Positions 62,213 through 64,000 of a stretch of DNA of 64,000 bases are shown piece after piece. The first letter of the stretch is position 1, and each line of letters starts with the position of its first letter. The translations under genes and the position numbers were made by a program. Under the pieces are notes generated by a model. It was given only the letters and a program-made list of their open reading frames with translations, was not told the origin of the DNA and made no database searches. This stretch comes from the human T2T-CHM13v2.0 reference genome, Homo sapiens, in assembly GCF_009914755.1 (NCBI RefSeq), contig NC_060943.1, one strand, 5' to 3'.

Positions 62213-62800
62213 CTGGAAAGAGAGCACAAGGTGTGAGTGGTCGAGGCCTGGGTCGGGCAAGCTCTGCACAGGGGAACCAGAAGTCACGCTGATGCTTTTG
62301 GCTTCACCGCGGCCACAGCAGGTCACATCGGGGCTGGCTGGGACTCCTGCAGAGGAAGAGCGGTAACGGGGAGGAAATCCACGATGGGTAGACCCGAGGC
62401 TACCAGCCTGGGCTGCGCCCGTCCTTTCCCCTTGGAAAGAGAAAGGCCACAGCCAACCCTGGTGTCCGCTCCTAGGCCCGGGCCTCCCACAGGCTGATCT
62501 GGGCAGTGGGGGCACCACTGTGCCATGATCTCTGGCCCTGACACCACTGCAGTCTCCTGCATGCCCCTCACTGTCTTTACGGGTACAGAGAAAACACAAA
62601 GCGGGGGCAACTGCGGTGAAGTGGAGTCGTCTACCTTGGCTGAATGTGCCACAGACATCCTGTTAGGAAAGGAGTTTGCAAATATAACACGAGGGGAAAA
62701 CTCCCAGTGAATACAGGGGAAAGCCTGGTAACTCCACGGCGCTTAAGCTTCTAAGCGTCAATGGTGGTTTAATTTCCATGGAAAATGTTAAGCTCCGTTA

Positions 62801-63130
<330 letters not shown>

Positions 63131-63927
63131 TTAAATTAAATGACTCCATATGCAGATTGCAGAAGCTCCATCAGTCCAAGAGTGAGTGCAAAGGATCTAT
63201 GAGAAAGTAACACCAAACCCTCCCATGACGAGACCTTGGTTTGAGGTTTGAAAGCTCTGTCTCTGCTGTGTCACCTCTGAGTCCCCTCCTCTAGCACAGT
63301 GTGTGGCCACAGTGAGGTCAGGAGGAGGTGCTGAGACGGCCCGCTCGATCCATCTTTGCTGTTCCCCGTGCCCCTGCCCATGTTGGGAGACACGGGCCTC
63401 GGCCTTCCTGCCGGGAGCCACCCGGAACCTTCCCACGGGAATGTGTTCCTTGCCTGGGTCGCCTCAACTTGCTGGGGAACGCCTCGTGTCAAAGCCAAAC
63501 ACGCCCAGGCCCTGGCAGTGCTGTCAGGGCGGTGCCTCCTCCCCTGGCTGGGGAAAGGCTGCTAATGCTGGTCGGGTTTGACCAGCCTGGCTGTCTGTCT
63601 GGATCCCCCCAAGTCTGGATTTCAGGGTCTTTTTCCAAGCTTGCAGTTTGGCAGCCCGTTTAGGAGGGCTAGGGGCTTCACCTGCTGGATGCCACCTAGG
63701 CACACCTGGCCCCAAACACCTTAACCATTTCCCAGCCTTCTCTCCAAGCCACCACTCACGAGACCACAGACTGGAGGCAATGGAGGCGGCTCTTCTCTCA
63801 AGCGAGGGATTTGCATTTTGCAAGGCATGAAGCTCTCATAAAATTTCAGCTGTGCCCAGCACCAGAACTCCTGCCTTTCCCACATGCTCGTGTTCAGCCT
63901 CTACCACTGAACCACACTGTGACTCAC

Positions 63928-64000
63928 TTTTTTTTTTTTTTTGAGACAGGGAGTTCAGCACCCAGGCTGGAGTGCAGTGGTGTAATCTCGGCTCACTGCA
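63928..64000 (-). mobile_element. Alu, truncated by the window edge
   Basis: Poly-T then gagacaggg...caggctggagtgcagtgg. Confidence 0.85.

Overview
Human (primate), GC- and Alu-rich genomic DNA, recognisable as 19p13.12. In order: (1) the last three coding exons and 3'UTR of ZSWIM4 (+); (2) the convergent miR-23a~27a~24-2 cluster (-) with its poly(A) signal, a strong splice acceptor and a CpG-island first exon ~6 kb upstream (MIR23AHG-like host); (3) a string of CpG-rich enhancer-like modules and an Alu/DNA-transposon-saturated block at ~28-37 kb; (4) a large CpG island at ~41-42.4 kb; (5) miR-181c/miR-181d (+); (6) the complete two-exon NANOS3 CDS (+, 192 aa); (7) the last three coding exons of BRME1/C19orf57 (-). 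Pre-miR-27a carries the non-reference loop allele (C at 12610). Nearly all other ORFs in the track are Alu- or GC-derived noise. The genes are well known and I see no convincing new gene system. The best untested leads are a possible exon-skip entry into a ~370-codon alternative frame of ZSWIM4, splice sites overlapping the miR-181c hairpin, an unusual ZSWIM4 3' end lacking a canonical poly(A) signal, and an AluY whose tail is G-rich. Gene, miRNA and repeat names come from recall of reference sequences, not from a database search, and repeat boundaries are approximate.
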